The position numbers and the translations under genes were made by a program. Positions 30,631-40,054 of a stretch of DNA of 64,000 bases are shown piece by piece (positions within the stretch are counted from its first letter, which is position 1; every line of letters begins with the position of its first letter). The stretch lies in the NCBI GenBank assembly GCA_963976765.1, contig CAXBME010000019.1:62001-126000 (forward strand), read 5' to 3'. Below the pieces are notes generated by a model that saw nothing but the letters and a program-made list of their open reading frames with translations, searched no databases and was not told the DNA's origin. This stretch comes from an uncultured Planctomycetaceae bacterium (lineage in GTDB: Bacteria > Planctomycetota > Planctomycetia > Planctomycetales > Planctomycetaceae).

Positions 30631-32712
30631 ATGCCGGACGAGATTCAACAGCAGATTGAATCGCTTCGAACCGAACTCGAACGACACAACCGTCTGTACT
30701 ACGTCGATGCACAGCCAGAGATTTCGGACCTTGAGTACGACCGGCTTCTGAAACAGCTCGAACAGCTTGAAGCCGAGCACCCGAAGTACCGCTCGCCAGA
30801 CAGTCCGACTCAAAAAGTTGGCGGAGAACCCGTCGACGGTTTCAAGTCTGTCGAACATCGCGTTCCGATGATTTCGATCGACAACGTTTATGAGATCGAG
30901 AATTCCGATCCAAAGAAGCCCGACGTTCGAAAGTTCGATGCACGCATTCGAGAACTGCTCGATGCGCAACCGGAATACCTCATCGAATACAAAATCGACG
31001 GCGTCGCTCTTGCCCTGATTTACGAGAACGGTCGACTGATTCAGGCCGTCACGCGAGGTGACGGGCGAACGGGCGACGATGTGACTCACAACGCTCGAAC
31101 TATCGGCGGTGTGCCGCTTCGGCTTTCTGGTGACAACATCCCGTCGGTCGTTGAGATTCGCGGCGAGGCCTACATCGCCAACTCAGACTTCGCGAAAATT
31201 CGAGCGGCTCAGGAAGCCGCCGGCGAGCAGCCGTTCGCCAATCCTCGTAATTCAACAGCGGGCGGATTGAAGACGCTCGATCCGAAAGTGTGCGCCGAGC
31301 GAAAGCTACGATTCTTTGCTCACGGAATTGGGTATTCAGAAGGGATCACGGCTGAGCGGCACTCTGACTTCCTGGGAATTGTCCGCCAGTTCGGTCTGCC
31401 AACCAGTCCAGGCACGGCTGTTTTTCCAGACATTGACAGCCTGCTGGAATACGCTCAGTCGATGATGGAAGGTCTGCACGAACTCGATTTCGAAGTTGAC
31501 GGACTGGTCATCAAAGTCAACAACCTCGAACAGCAATCTGAACTCGGCAGTACCAACAAAGCTCCCCGCTGGGTGATCGCTTACAAATGGGAGCGCTACG
31601 AAGCCACGACCAAAGTCGTCGACATTGTTATTCAGGTTGGCAAGACCGGAGCACTGACACCGGTTGCGAATCTTGAGCCTGTCGAAATTGCCGGAACGAC
31701 GGTTTCACGATCGAGCCTTCACAACCGCGACGAGATTAACCGGCTGGATATCCGAGTCGGCGATACCGTTGTCGTTGAGAAGGCTGGAAAGATTATTCCG
31801 CACATTGTGCGAGTTGAGCCACAACTTCGAGACGGCAGTCAGCAACCGTTTCACTTCCCTGAGAATTGTCCTGAATGCAGATCGGAAGTTCTGCAGGACG
31901 ACGGCGGCGTCTACATCCGCTGCCAGAATCCAAGCTGCCCGGCGCAGCTTCGTGAAACGCTAAGGTTTTTCGCGTCACGTTCCGCGATGGATATTGAAGG
32001 GCTCGGCATCAAGCAGATCGAGTCGATGGTCGAGAAAGGTCTGCTGACCAGTCTGCCGGACATTTATCGGCTGCACGAAAAACGCGAAGCCTTGCTGACC
32101 GAAAAACGGACCAACGAGAAATCTGTCGACAATCTGCTGAAGTCAATCGAGGAGTCAAAAACGCAACCTCTCTGGCGGCTTCTGATCGGCCTCAACATCC
32201 GCCACGTCGGTAATCGGACGTCCCAGATTCTGGCGGCGAAATTCGGGATGGTCGACGAAATCCTGAAGTTGACCGAGGAAGAACTCGCAGCCGTCGACGA
32301 CATCGGTCCGGTCATTGCGGCGTCAATCTTCAGTTTCTTCTCATCCGAAGTCGGACGCGGCACGCTCGAAGAGTTCCGGGAACTCGGCCTCAACATGGGC
32401 GAGCCCGTTCCCGAGGGAGACGAAAGTGTCGTCAGAAAACTCGACGGCAAGACACTTGTTGTTACGGGAACTCTCACACGATTCACGCGGACGGAAATCA
32501 AGGAGCTGATTCAGCAGCACGGTGGTCGAGCCTCCAGCAGCGTGTCTAAGAAAACAGACTTTCTGGTTGCGGGCGAGGCGGCTGGCAGCAAGCTGGAGAA
32601 AGCTCAGGAACTGGGCGTCAGGGTTCTTTCCGAAGATCAATTGTTTGAGATGCTCGAAAGTGAAGATGAAGCGGTGTCCGATGGTAAGCCGCCAAAGGGC
32701 CAGCTGTTTTAG
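30631..32712 (+). CDS. ligA: NAD-dependent DNA ligase
   Basis: YYVDAQPEISDLEYD, EYKIDG adenylation motif, EIRGE, CPEC...C...C zinc finger, HhH, C-terminal BRCT. Confidence 0.98.
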   Translation: MPDEIQQQIESLRTELERHNRLYYVDAQPEISDLEYDRLLKQLEQLEAEHPKYRSPDSPTQKVGGEPVDGFKSVEHRVPMISIDNVYEIENSDPKKPDVRKFDARIRELLDAQPEYLIEYKIDGVALALIYENGRLIQAVTRGDGRTGDDVTHNARTIGGVPLRLSGDNIPSVVEIRGEAYIANSDFAKIRAAQEAAGEQPFANPRNSTAGGLKTLDPKVCAERKLRFFAHGIGYSEGITAERHSDFLGIVRQFGLPTSPGTAVFPDIDSLLEYAQSMMEGLHELDFEVDGLVIKVNNLEQQSELGSTNKAPRWVIAYKWERYEATTKVVDIVIQVGKTGALTPVANLEPVEIAGTTVSRSSLHNRDEINRLDIRVGDTVVVEKAGKIIPHIVRVEPQLRDGSQQPFHFPENCPECRSEVLQDDGGVYIRCQNPSCPAQLRETLRFFASRSAMDIEGLGIKQIESMVEKGLLTSLPDIYRLHEKREALLTEKRTNEKSVDNLLKSIEESKTQPLWRLLIGLNIRHVGNRTSQILAAKFGMVDEILKLTEEELAAVDDIGPVIAASIFSFFSSEVGRGTLEEFRELGLNMGEPVPEGDESVVRKLDGKTLVVTGTLTRFTRTEIKELIQQHGGRASSSVSKKTDFLVAGEAAGSKLEKAQELGVRVLSEDQLFEMLESEDEAVSDGKPPKGQLF

Positions 32713-32748
32713 CGAGGGCGTTGGTGCGTACGTGCTAAGCCGTCTCTT

Positions 32749-33792
32749 TTACTTCCCTGGAATGCCGTGCTCGGTCAGCCATTCCTGAACGATCGGCTCG
32801 ACCAGATGACGAATGTGCGAGTTGGCGTAGCCGCACCAGTCGACTCCGGTGTGAACATCAAGCGGCGCGTTGAGTGGCTTTCCGAAACCGTTTGTCATGA
32901 TGACGCCCGCGTTCTGAGCAGCCAGTAGCCCGGCCAGGTCGTAAGGGTGTGATTCGATGAATCGGTCCTGGGCGGAGCGACCGAGAATCTGATTGAACTG
33001 CGGGCGAAGATCGAGACTGCAAAGATCGCGACCCGTCATCAACTGATACATCAGGCCGCCGCAGGAAATGTAGTGGTCGTCGAAAACCGTCGGCAGACTG
33101 GTCATCACTCCGCAGCGTTCGGCGATTCGTTCTGCCAGCTCTGCGGCCAGCAGGCGAGTTCCTGGAAACATGCTCAGGACGGTCGCAAAGCCATCCTGCA
33201 GATCGACTTTGCGGCTCGGTCTGACGAAGAAATCAACAGCCTCGCTGATCAGCGGCGGCTGTGAGGCGTCGACGCGAAAACGCAGGCCACGGGTTGGCTT
33301 ACCCGTTGAGGCCACAAACGCATCGGCCAGAGTCTGCTTACTCGGAGGAAGCTCGACCATCACTGACGCGACAGAGTCAGTCAGCGTCGTGGCTTCGCCC
33401 TTGTCCGGGCACACCGCTGCCAGAAACCATGCCGACCGCTTGTCGAACATCAGCATTCTGGTTCCGTCGATCGGGTCGATGATCAGTCGCCATCGCGGCT
33501 GCTGTTCCGGATCTCCGAACAGCATCCGCCCGTCGTCGCCCATCCCCTCCGCAATCAGCAGAACCGGCTGACAGGATTCCGGCCACGACGAAATCACCTG
33601 CTCAATCGTTGCTTCGACTTCGCGATCAATCCGGTAAATCCGATCGCCACCTTCTTCGGCCACAGCGTCAGCAAGCGAGTTTGAACCAGTAGCAAACGCA
33701 GAACGGACGAGACTCACGACGCGAGTCTGGACAGCCAGCCCGAGCTCCAGGAGGCGCGTTGCCCAGTCGTTCGGATCGAGAGACAAATTCAT
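32749..33792 (-). CDS. Inositol monophosphatase-superfamily protein
   Basis: IDREVE, IAEG, IIDPIDGT and HPYDLAG motifs. Confidence 0.85.
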   Translation of the reverse strand: MNLSLDPNDWATRLLELGLAVQTRVVSLVRSAFATGSNSLADAVAEEGGDRIYRIDREVEATIEQVISSWPESCQPVLLIAEGMGDDGRMLFGDPEQQPRWRLIIDPIDGTRMLMFDKRSAWFLAAVCPDKGEATTLTDSVASVMVELPPSKQTLADAFVASTGKPTRGLRFRVDASQPPLISEAVDFFVRPSRKVDLQDGFATVLSMFPGTRLLAAELAERIAERCGVMTSLPTVFDDHYISCGGLMYQLMTGRDLCSLDLRPQFNQILGRSAQDRFIESHPYDLAGLLAAQNAGVIMTNGFGKPLNAPLDVHTGVDWCGYANSHIRHLVEPIVQEWLTEHGIPGK

Positions 33793-33874
33793 TTCCTGAC
33801 AGAATCGTATGGACCAGGGAATGGGTCTGAAGTCGCAGGCTGGTGGAAATCACGAGGTGTTTCCACGCTTGTAT

Positions 33875-35074
33875 CTAAGTCGTGTAGTCCGAGTTCAACC
33901 TCACGTATTCGGCGGTCAGGTCGCTCGTCCAGAAGCGGACGTCGGCGTCGCCGTGCGTGAGTTGCAGCCTGATTGTGACGTCTCTGTTGTCCCGGATTGA
34001 TTGCGAGAGTGTCTTTGTGTCGAAACTGCTGGGGGCTCCGTCTTTGTAAATCAGCACTTCGTTCAGCCACAGACTGACGTCTTCTTCCGCAAGCTCGACG
34101 CCCGAGTACCCCGCTGCCGACACGATGCGTCCCCAGTTTGGGTCAGCTCCGGTGATGGCAGTTTTGACGAGTGGTCCATCCGCGATCGCTTTGGCGATAC
34201 AATGAGCCTCGTCGCGGGTTCTCGCGCCGCAGACGTCGATCGTGATGAAGTGGTCGGCTCCTTCGGCGTCGCGGATGATCGCCTGAGCCATCTCCATTGT
34301 CACTTCGTCGATGGCGGATTGAAGAGCGATCCGTCCGGCATCGTCGAGGTCTGCGTGACCGGCGGCTCCGTTTGCAAAAAGGAATACTGTGTCGCTGGTG
34401 CTGGTGTGACCTTCCACGCTGATGCAGTTAAAGCTGCGATTGACTGAGTGCCGCAGCATCGTGTCGGCGTCTTCGGGCGACAGAGCGGCGTCGGTCATGA
34501 CGACTCCCAGCATGGTTGCCATGTTGGGGCCGATCATCGCGGCTCCTTTGGCGACGGCGCTGATCCGGACGCTTGTCCCGGCGATGTCGACGGTGCGGGT
34601 AGTTTGCTTCGCAAACGTGTCGGTCGTCATCATGCCGCGAGCGGCGTTGTTAAATGCTTCAGGCGTTGCGGCCAGTTGTTTCGCTACCGTCGGGATGCCT
34701 TTTTCCAGAACGTCCTTCGGTAGAAAACGACCGATCACGCCTGTTGAGCAGACGACGACATCGTCGGCGGCGCACCCGAGCGATTCTGAGGTCAGAGCGG
34801 TCATCCAGCGAGCGTCCTCGATACCTCGATCGCCGGTGCAGGCGTTCGAGTTTCCGGAGTTGATGACCACCGCCCGCCCGGTGCTTCTGGGAACTCGTTC
34901 ACGTGACACTTTGACCGGTGCGCCGCAGACCTTGTTCTGAGTAAACACCCCTGCCAGCGAGGCGGGGCGATCCGACGAGAACAGACTCAGGTCGAAAATG
35001 CTGGGGTCTTTTTTAATACCGCAGTGAAGCCCCGCCGCCTGAAAGCCGGTGGGAAGTGGTGGCAGCTCACTCAT
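33875..35074 (-). CDS. argJ: Bifunctional ornithine acetyltransferase/N-acetylglutamate synthase
   Basis: NSGNSNACTG, MTTDT, KGAAMIGPNMATML autocleavage site, RDAEGA, DPNWGRI, YVRLNSDYTT. Confidence 0.97.
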   Translation of the reverse strand: MSELPPLPTGFQAAGLHCGIKKDPSIFDLSLFSSDRPASLAGVFTQNKVCGAPVKVSRERVPRSTGRAVVINSGNSNACTGDRGIEDARWMTALTSESLGCAADDVVVCSTGVIGRFLPKDVLEKGIPTVAKQLAATPEAFNNAARGMMTTDTFAKQTTRTVDIAGTSVRISAVAKGAAMIGPNMATMLGVVMTDAALSPEDADTMLRHSVNRSFNCISVEGHTSTSDTVFLFANGAAGHADLDDAGRIALQSAIDEVTMEMAQAIIRDAEGADHFITIDVCGARTRDEAHCIAKAIADGPLVKTAITGADPNWGRIVSAAGYSGVELAEEDVSLWLNEVLIYKDGAPSSFDTKTLSQSIRDNRDVTIRLQLTHGDADVRFWTSDLTAEYVRLNSDYTT

Positions 35075-35287
35075 GATTCGATTCCTGATGTTGTCCTGAG
35101 CGGACTCGGTAAAACACGCGAACCGTCGCTCCAGACGCAGCGTCGGTCTTCAGACGGTCGGGAGTCTATCAGAACACTCCAAACCGTCGAACGGTTCGGG
35201 GCGATACGATTTCCGCTGCCTTGAGGCGACCCGCCGAACGACGTTACGCTCCGCCGACATTGATGATCTGGCCACGTTTTTGACTTC

Positions 35288-35308
35288 GTCAGGCATCGCC
35301 TGACCTAC
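35288..35308 (-). repeat. GTAG-type REP palindrome
   Basis: Minus strand reads GTAG-GTCAGGC-GAT-GCCTGAC, a perfect stem; same family as 13194, 13294 and 53848. Confidence 0.75.
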
Positions 35309-35335
35309 CTGCTACTGACAGAAAACACCTGACGA

Positions 35336-36664
35336 ATGAGCAACCTCATTAAGCCTCGAACCCTGAAGGGATTTCGAGATTATCTGCCCAACGCCATGAT
35401 CGCTCGCGAGCAACTGATCGAGACAGCTCAGCGGGTTTATCGCAGTTACGGATTCAGCCCGATCGATACTCCGGCGCTGGAGTACACGGAAATTCTGCTC
35501 GGCAAAGGCAGCGACGAGACGGACAAACAGCTTTACCGCTTCACCGACCACGGCGACCGTGACGTCGCGCTGCGGTTCGACCTGACGATTCCACTGGCCC
35601 GGTTTGCGGCTCAGTATGTCCAGGAACTTGGAACGCCGTTTAAGCGGTACCACATCGGTAAAGTCTGGCGGGGCGAGAACACTCAGAAGGGCCGCTACCG
35701 CGAGTTCATGCAGTGCGACTTTGATACGATCGGCACTTTGTCCAACGCGGCGGACATCGAAACGCTGTTTGTCATCAACGATCTGATGGAGCAGATCGGG
35801 TTTGAACGGTTCAACATTCGTATCAACAACCGACTGGTGCTGAATGGTCTGCTCGAAAAGGTTGGACTGACCGACAAATCAGTCGGCGTGCTGAGGTCGC
35901 TCGACAAGCTGCCGAAGATTGGTCGCGAAAAGGTCATCGCCGAGATGGTTGAGTTTGTCGGGGCAACCGCCGAACAGGCTGCCAGCGTTCTGGACCTCGC
36001 CGAACTGACGGGCGAGCCGCGAGAGATTCTTGCCTCGCTCGAAGGAATGCTTACCGGTAGTGAAGCAGGCCTCGACGGCGTTGCGAAGCTGCGGGAACTC
36101 TTCGAATGCTGCGATAAGTCGGGAATTCCGGACGGTCGAGTCGGCCTCGATCTGTCGATCGCGCGAGGTCTGGACTACTACACCGGCACGATTTACGAAA
36201 CCTTTCTGGGCGACCTGCCGACCATCGGCAGCGTCTGCTCAGGCGGACGCTACGACAACCTGGCCGGATTGTTCACGAAGCAGCAACTTCCGGGGATCGG
36301 AGCCAGCCTGGGGCTGGACCGACTGCTCGCGGCGATGGAGTCGATGGAAATGGTGGAAACCGCCTCGACGCCCGCCGAAATTTTCATCCCGCAGTTCGAC
36401 GGTTCGCGATTGGGCGACTATCTGGCCATTGCCCGCACACTTCGTGCAGCAGGTCTGCGCGTCGAAGTCTTCCCCGAGGCTAAAGCCATCGGCAAGCAAC
36501 TCAAGTACGCCGACAAGAAGGGGCACAAGGTCGCTGTCATCGCCGGAGAAGACGAGTTCGCCCAAGGCATCTGGCAGGTCAAGAATCTGCAGGTCCGAGG
36601 CGACCAGGCAGACGTCGTCACCGCCGACCTGGCTGAGCACTTGAAATCGCTGCTCACTGTTTGA
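35336..36664 (+). CDS. hisS: Histidine--tRNA ligase
   Basis: KGFRDYLP, LRFDLT, GRYREFMQCDFD, RGLDYYTG, GGRYD, C-terminal anticodon-binding domain. Confidence 0.98.
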   Translation: MSNLIKPRTLKGFRDYLPNAMIAREQLIETAQRVYRSYGFSPIDTPALEYTEILLGKGSDETDKQLYRFTDHGDRDVALRFDLTIPLARFAAQYVQELGTPFKRYHIGKVWRGENTQKGRYREFMQCDFDTIGTLSNAADIETLFVINDLMEQIGFERFNIRINNRLVLNGLLEKVGLTDKSVGVLRSLDKLPKIGREKVIAEMVEFVGATAEQAASVLDLAELTGEPREILASLEGMLTGSEAGLDGVAKLRELFECCDKSGIPDGRVGLDLSIARGLDYYTGTIYETFLGDLPTIGSVCSGGRYDNLAGLFTKQQLPGIGASLGLDRLLAAMESMEMVETASTPAEIFIPQFDGSRLGDYLAIARTLRAAGLRVEVFPEAKAIGKQLKYADKKGHKVAVIAGEDEFAQGIWQVKNLQVRGDQADVVTADLAEHLKSLLTV

Positions 36665-36708
36665 TGAGCGTCAACACTTCTGAGCAGCCCACGATTCGAA
36701 GCGATCGC

Positions 36709-39045
36709 TTACTCGAAGGCCGGTTCCTGGACGATGACGACCCAGCCGGTGTCTTCGAGGAATGAGCTGTCTTCGGCGCCTTCGTACATGTCGCGGGGGC
36801 GGCGGAAGATGATGGGTTCAAAGGCTGCGGTCCAGGCCGTCTTCGGTGTGGCGTAGTCGATGTAGTTGTCCTGGATCGATCCTCGCGACGTCAGCGATTT
36901 GCTGCCGACTGACTGTTCATGCTGAAGTTTGCGGAGGGCACGTAACTCGGTCAGCTCATCCAGGACGTTGCCGGGAACCTGCTGCGTTTGCTCAGCAAGC
37001 GCTTCCTGTTGGGATTCGATCCATTCCGGTCGACTGGTGCGTGAATCGTGGAGCACGGTTCCGCGATCGCCCTGAGCATTCTGACCGGTGTCGACCAGCA
37101 CGACGACTCGCTCTTTTCCCATACGAGCGTTAAGAACCTCGAAATCGCCCAGGCTTTGCGACATCGCCAGCATGGCCAGCACCTGGCGGGATTTTGTTCC
37201 GTCCGCAGCGGTCACTTCTCCCCAGACAGGTGTGCTGAGTGCGATCATGAACTCGCCGTTGGATTTGCTTTTGAAGACGATCGAGCGGTAGGGGCGATCG
37301 ACTGGCGGCAACGGATTCAGCGAGATTTCCTCAGGATCAAGATCGCGGCCTTTCCCATGAAAATAGTCGCGGTAGCCAAAGAATTTCCCAATGGACGGCC
37401 CGCGAGGAGCGCGTCCCAGCTGAATTCCGTCGGCCATGGTGACAAACCAGCTGGTGGCGATGGCGGGGCCGTCTTCTTCGGAGTAGACGGCACGATGCTC
37501 GCTCAGCCAGAGCTGCACTTCCGGATCGCCTTCAGGTGGAATTGATCCATTTGCCGTCGCCCGTTCAACCATCTTCATGAACGCCGGGTCGCTGGCCGCT
37601 TTCTGAAGAATCAGCCAGCGAGACTGCAAATCCTTGCCGACCGCTCTGGCGACAAACTGAGCGGTCAGTTGCAGACTTTCAGCATGAGCAGTCTGTGCAG
37701 TCAGACGGGCTTCGTGCTCTCGTCCGGCCAGCCGACCCTGGCCAACGGCGGCGATCGAAACGACCATCGAAATGACGGCCAGCGTTAACACAATAGCCAT
37801 TGTCCATTCGCGATGACGTCTGATCCAGCGACCGCAACGTTCCAGTCGAGTTTCTTTTCGAGCCAGAATGGGTTCATCGGCGAGCCAGCGTTCGATGTCG
37901 TCGGCCATGTCGCAGGCGGTGATGTATCGCGAGCCTGGATCCATCGACATCGCCTTTCGGCAGATGGCGTCCAGCCCGACCGGAACGTTGCTGTCAATTT
38001 CGCTGGGAGCGGTGAAGCTTCCGTATCTTGCTCGGGCCAGAGTGTCGCGAGCGGAATCGCCGGTGTATGGAGCCTGTCCGACGAGGAGTTTGTAGAGTGT
38101 CGCGCCGAGCGAAAAAATATCGCAGGCCGGTGTGAGATTGGGAAGTCCCATCGCCTGTTCGGGGGGCATGTACGCTGGCGTTCCGACTGGCCCGCCGCTG
38201 GAACCTCCCGAGCTTGTCCCGGAGCCGCTGGTTGGCATGAGTGTCTGCTCGCCGCTGGCCTTTGCCGATTCGTCACGGTTGATCGGCATCGCCAGGCCCC
38301 AGTCGACGACCAGCGTATCGCCGTACTTTCCGAGCATGATGTTTTCGGGCTTGATGTCCCGGTGCAGGATTCCACGGTTATGCGCATAGGCAATGGTTTG
38401 GCAAACCGTCACGAGGCGATTCAGCAAACCTCGAAACTCGACCGAACGGGACGCACTGAACAGCGACTGTGACCTCTTGTTGCGTGAGGCCGTGAGGTCT
38501 GTGTTGTGAACTTTCGCGATTCGTTCTTCGAGAGTCTCACCCTGAATAAACCGCATGGCATAGCAGAGTCGCCCATCCGGAGTTCGTCCGAATCCGTAAA
38601 CGGGTACAACGCCTGGATGGTCCAGCCGGGCGGTGACTTCAGCTTCGAGCTGAAACTGTTCGCGGCAGTCGCGGCGGTCGCGATGTTTCGGGCGGATAAA
38701 TTTCAGGACGACGTCGCGTTGAAGTTCACTGTCGTCGGCGATGTAGATTTCGCCGAGGCCGCCCCGCGCGTGAAACCGCAACTTGCGATACGCCTGCTGG
38801 AGCACCAGCGCGCCGACATCTGAATTTCGCGGTTCTTCAGGTTCGACGACGGTCGCCATGCCGCCGATTTCCGCCGCCGCAGTTTCTTCGCCGGCTCGCG
38901 GCTCGATTTCGTCGATCCGTTTCTGAACTTCTTCAAGAAGTTCAGGACAGCCCATGCAAAGTTCTTCGGGGGGGATGTACTGCCCCTGTGCCAGCAATTC
39001 TTCCCATTGAGAAATCAGTTGCTCGACGCGGACGGTATCCATCAT
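36709..39045 (-). CDS. Membrane Ser/Thr protein kinase with extracytoplasmic Cache-like domain
   Basis: ARGGLGEIY, VVLK, HRDIKPEN, DWG, GTPAYMPPEQ, DIFSLG. One TM helix, then RDYF...IALSTPV...GWVVIVQEP. Start taken at ATG 39045. Confidence 0.9.
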   Translation of the reverse strand: MMDTVRVEQLISQWEELLAQGQYIPPEELCMGCPELLEEVQKRIDEIEPRAGEETAAAEIGGMATVVEPEEPRNSDVGALVLQQAYRKLRFHARGGLGEIYIADDSELQRDVVLKFIRPKHRDRRDCREQFQLEAEVTARLDHPGVVPVYGFGRTPDGRLCYAMRFIQGETLEERIAKVHNTDLTASRNKRSQSLFSASRSVEFRGLLNRLVTVCQTIAYAHNRGILHRDIKPENIMLGKYGDTLVVDWGLAMPINRDESAKASGEQTLMPTSGSGTSSGGSSGGPVGTPAYMPPEQAMGLPNLTPACDIFSLGATLYKLLVGQAPYTGDSARDTLARARYGSFTAPSEIDSNVPVGLDAICRKAMSMDPGSRYITACDMADDIERWLADEPILARKETRLERCGRWIRRHREWTMAIVLTLAVISMVVSIAAVGQGRLAGREHEARLTAQTAHAESLQLTAQFVARAVGKDLQSRWLILQKAASDPAFMKMVERATANGSIPPEGDPEVQLWLSEHRAVYSEEDGPAIATSWFVTMADGIQLGRAPRGPSIGKFFGYRDYFHGKGRDLDPEEISLNPLPPVDRPYRSIVFKSKSNGEFMIALSTPVWGEVTAADGTKSRQVLAMLAMSQSLGDFEVLNARMGKERVVVLVDTGQNAQGDRGTVLHDSRTSRPEWIESQQEALAEQTQQVPGNVLDELTELRALRKLQHEQSVGSKSLTSRGSIQDNYIDYATPKTAWTAAFEPIIFRRPRDMYEGAEDSSFLEDTGWVVIVQEPAFE

Positions 39046-39414
39046 AAGGGCTCCAGTGCTGGTTCGAGCGTTAAGAGGTGACCGGGACGACGGCCCGTCA
39101 ACCTGCGACTGCATACACCGTAAGGCTGTTGATACATGACCCGCGAAGCAAGCATTGTACCGTGATGTCGAAATACTCAACCGCAAAACACCACTCTGAA
39201 CGGGTGACCGCAATTCTTCTGCGAATTGAACGATTAACTGGCCTTCGCTTTACCACTGTCGCGAAACTTCGTCGGTTACCAGAGTTGCCACGGAGCAACG
39301 AATGATGTGTTTCCGCAACATCGATCGTTATGCTGCCGGGCGTCGGCTTCAATCGATCAGCAGCCGCCGTGTCATCTCGGAACAGCCCACCCAATCGCTC
39401 ACAGGAGCCTCGCC

Positions 39415-40011
39415 ATGACGACATCATTTCGCCTTTTGGGAACCGTTGCCTGCCTCGCGCTGCTGGCGCTTTCAGCGTCGGCCGAAGACGTCAAGCCGGA
39501 CGTCGAAACGAAAAAAGAGCCGAAGCTCGAAGCCTGTGAACTTGGCAAAACAAACAATGTCCACCGCCTCGGGAAGATCTATCTGGCCGGACAGCCGTCA
39601 GCCGCCGACTTCGCCATCGCAAAGAAAGATGGCATCAGGACCGTCATCAATCTGCGAACTCCTGGCGAGCTGCCTTTTGATGAGAAGGGCGTGCTGAAAG
39701 ATCTTGGTCTGGAGTATCACTATCTACCGTTCGCAGCCCCCGACACGCTCAAAGACGAAATCTTTGAGAAGTCGCTGAAAGTGCTCGGCGATAAGAAAAA
39801 GCAACCGGTCCTGCTGCACTGCGCCTCGGCCAACCGAGTCGGAGCCATCTGGCTGGCTCACCGAGTCCTCACCGACAAAATTCCGTACGACAAGGCACTC
39901 AAAGAAGCAAAGGAAGTCGGTCTGAGATTTCCGCCGTACGAAGCCAAAGCGAAGGCTTACATTGAGAAGGCTCAGGAAAAAGCCAGGTCTGCAAAACCCG
40001 AGAAAGAATAG
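39415..40011 (+). CDS. Exported Cx5R phosphatase-like / DUF442 (Blh-type) protein
   Basis: Signal peptide (ALSASA), LAGQP, GIRTVINLR, PVLLHCASANR; GGAG SD. Confidence 0.85.
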   Translation: MTTSFRLLGTVACLALLALSASAEDVKPDVETKKEPKLEACELGKTNNVHRLGKIYLAGQPSAADFAIAKKDGIRTVINLRTPGELPFDEKGVLKDLGLEYHYLPFAAPDTLKDEIFEKSLKVLGDKKKQPVLLHCASANRVGAIWLAHRVLTDKIPYDKALKEAKEVGLRFPPYEAKAKAYIEKAQEKARSAKPEKE

Positions 40012-40054
40012 GCGCAGAGCGTCGACGCGACGGATGAGTCAATCGGCTGCGAAT

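Noticed and set aside
35075..35335. Riboswitch, T-box or tRNA in the argJ-hisS divergent region
   Set aside because: No T-box, cloverleaf or leader-peptide pattern; only a REP copy.
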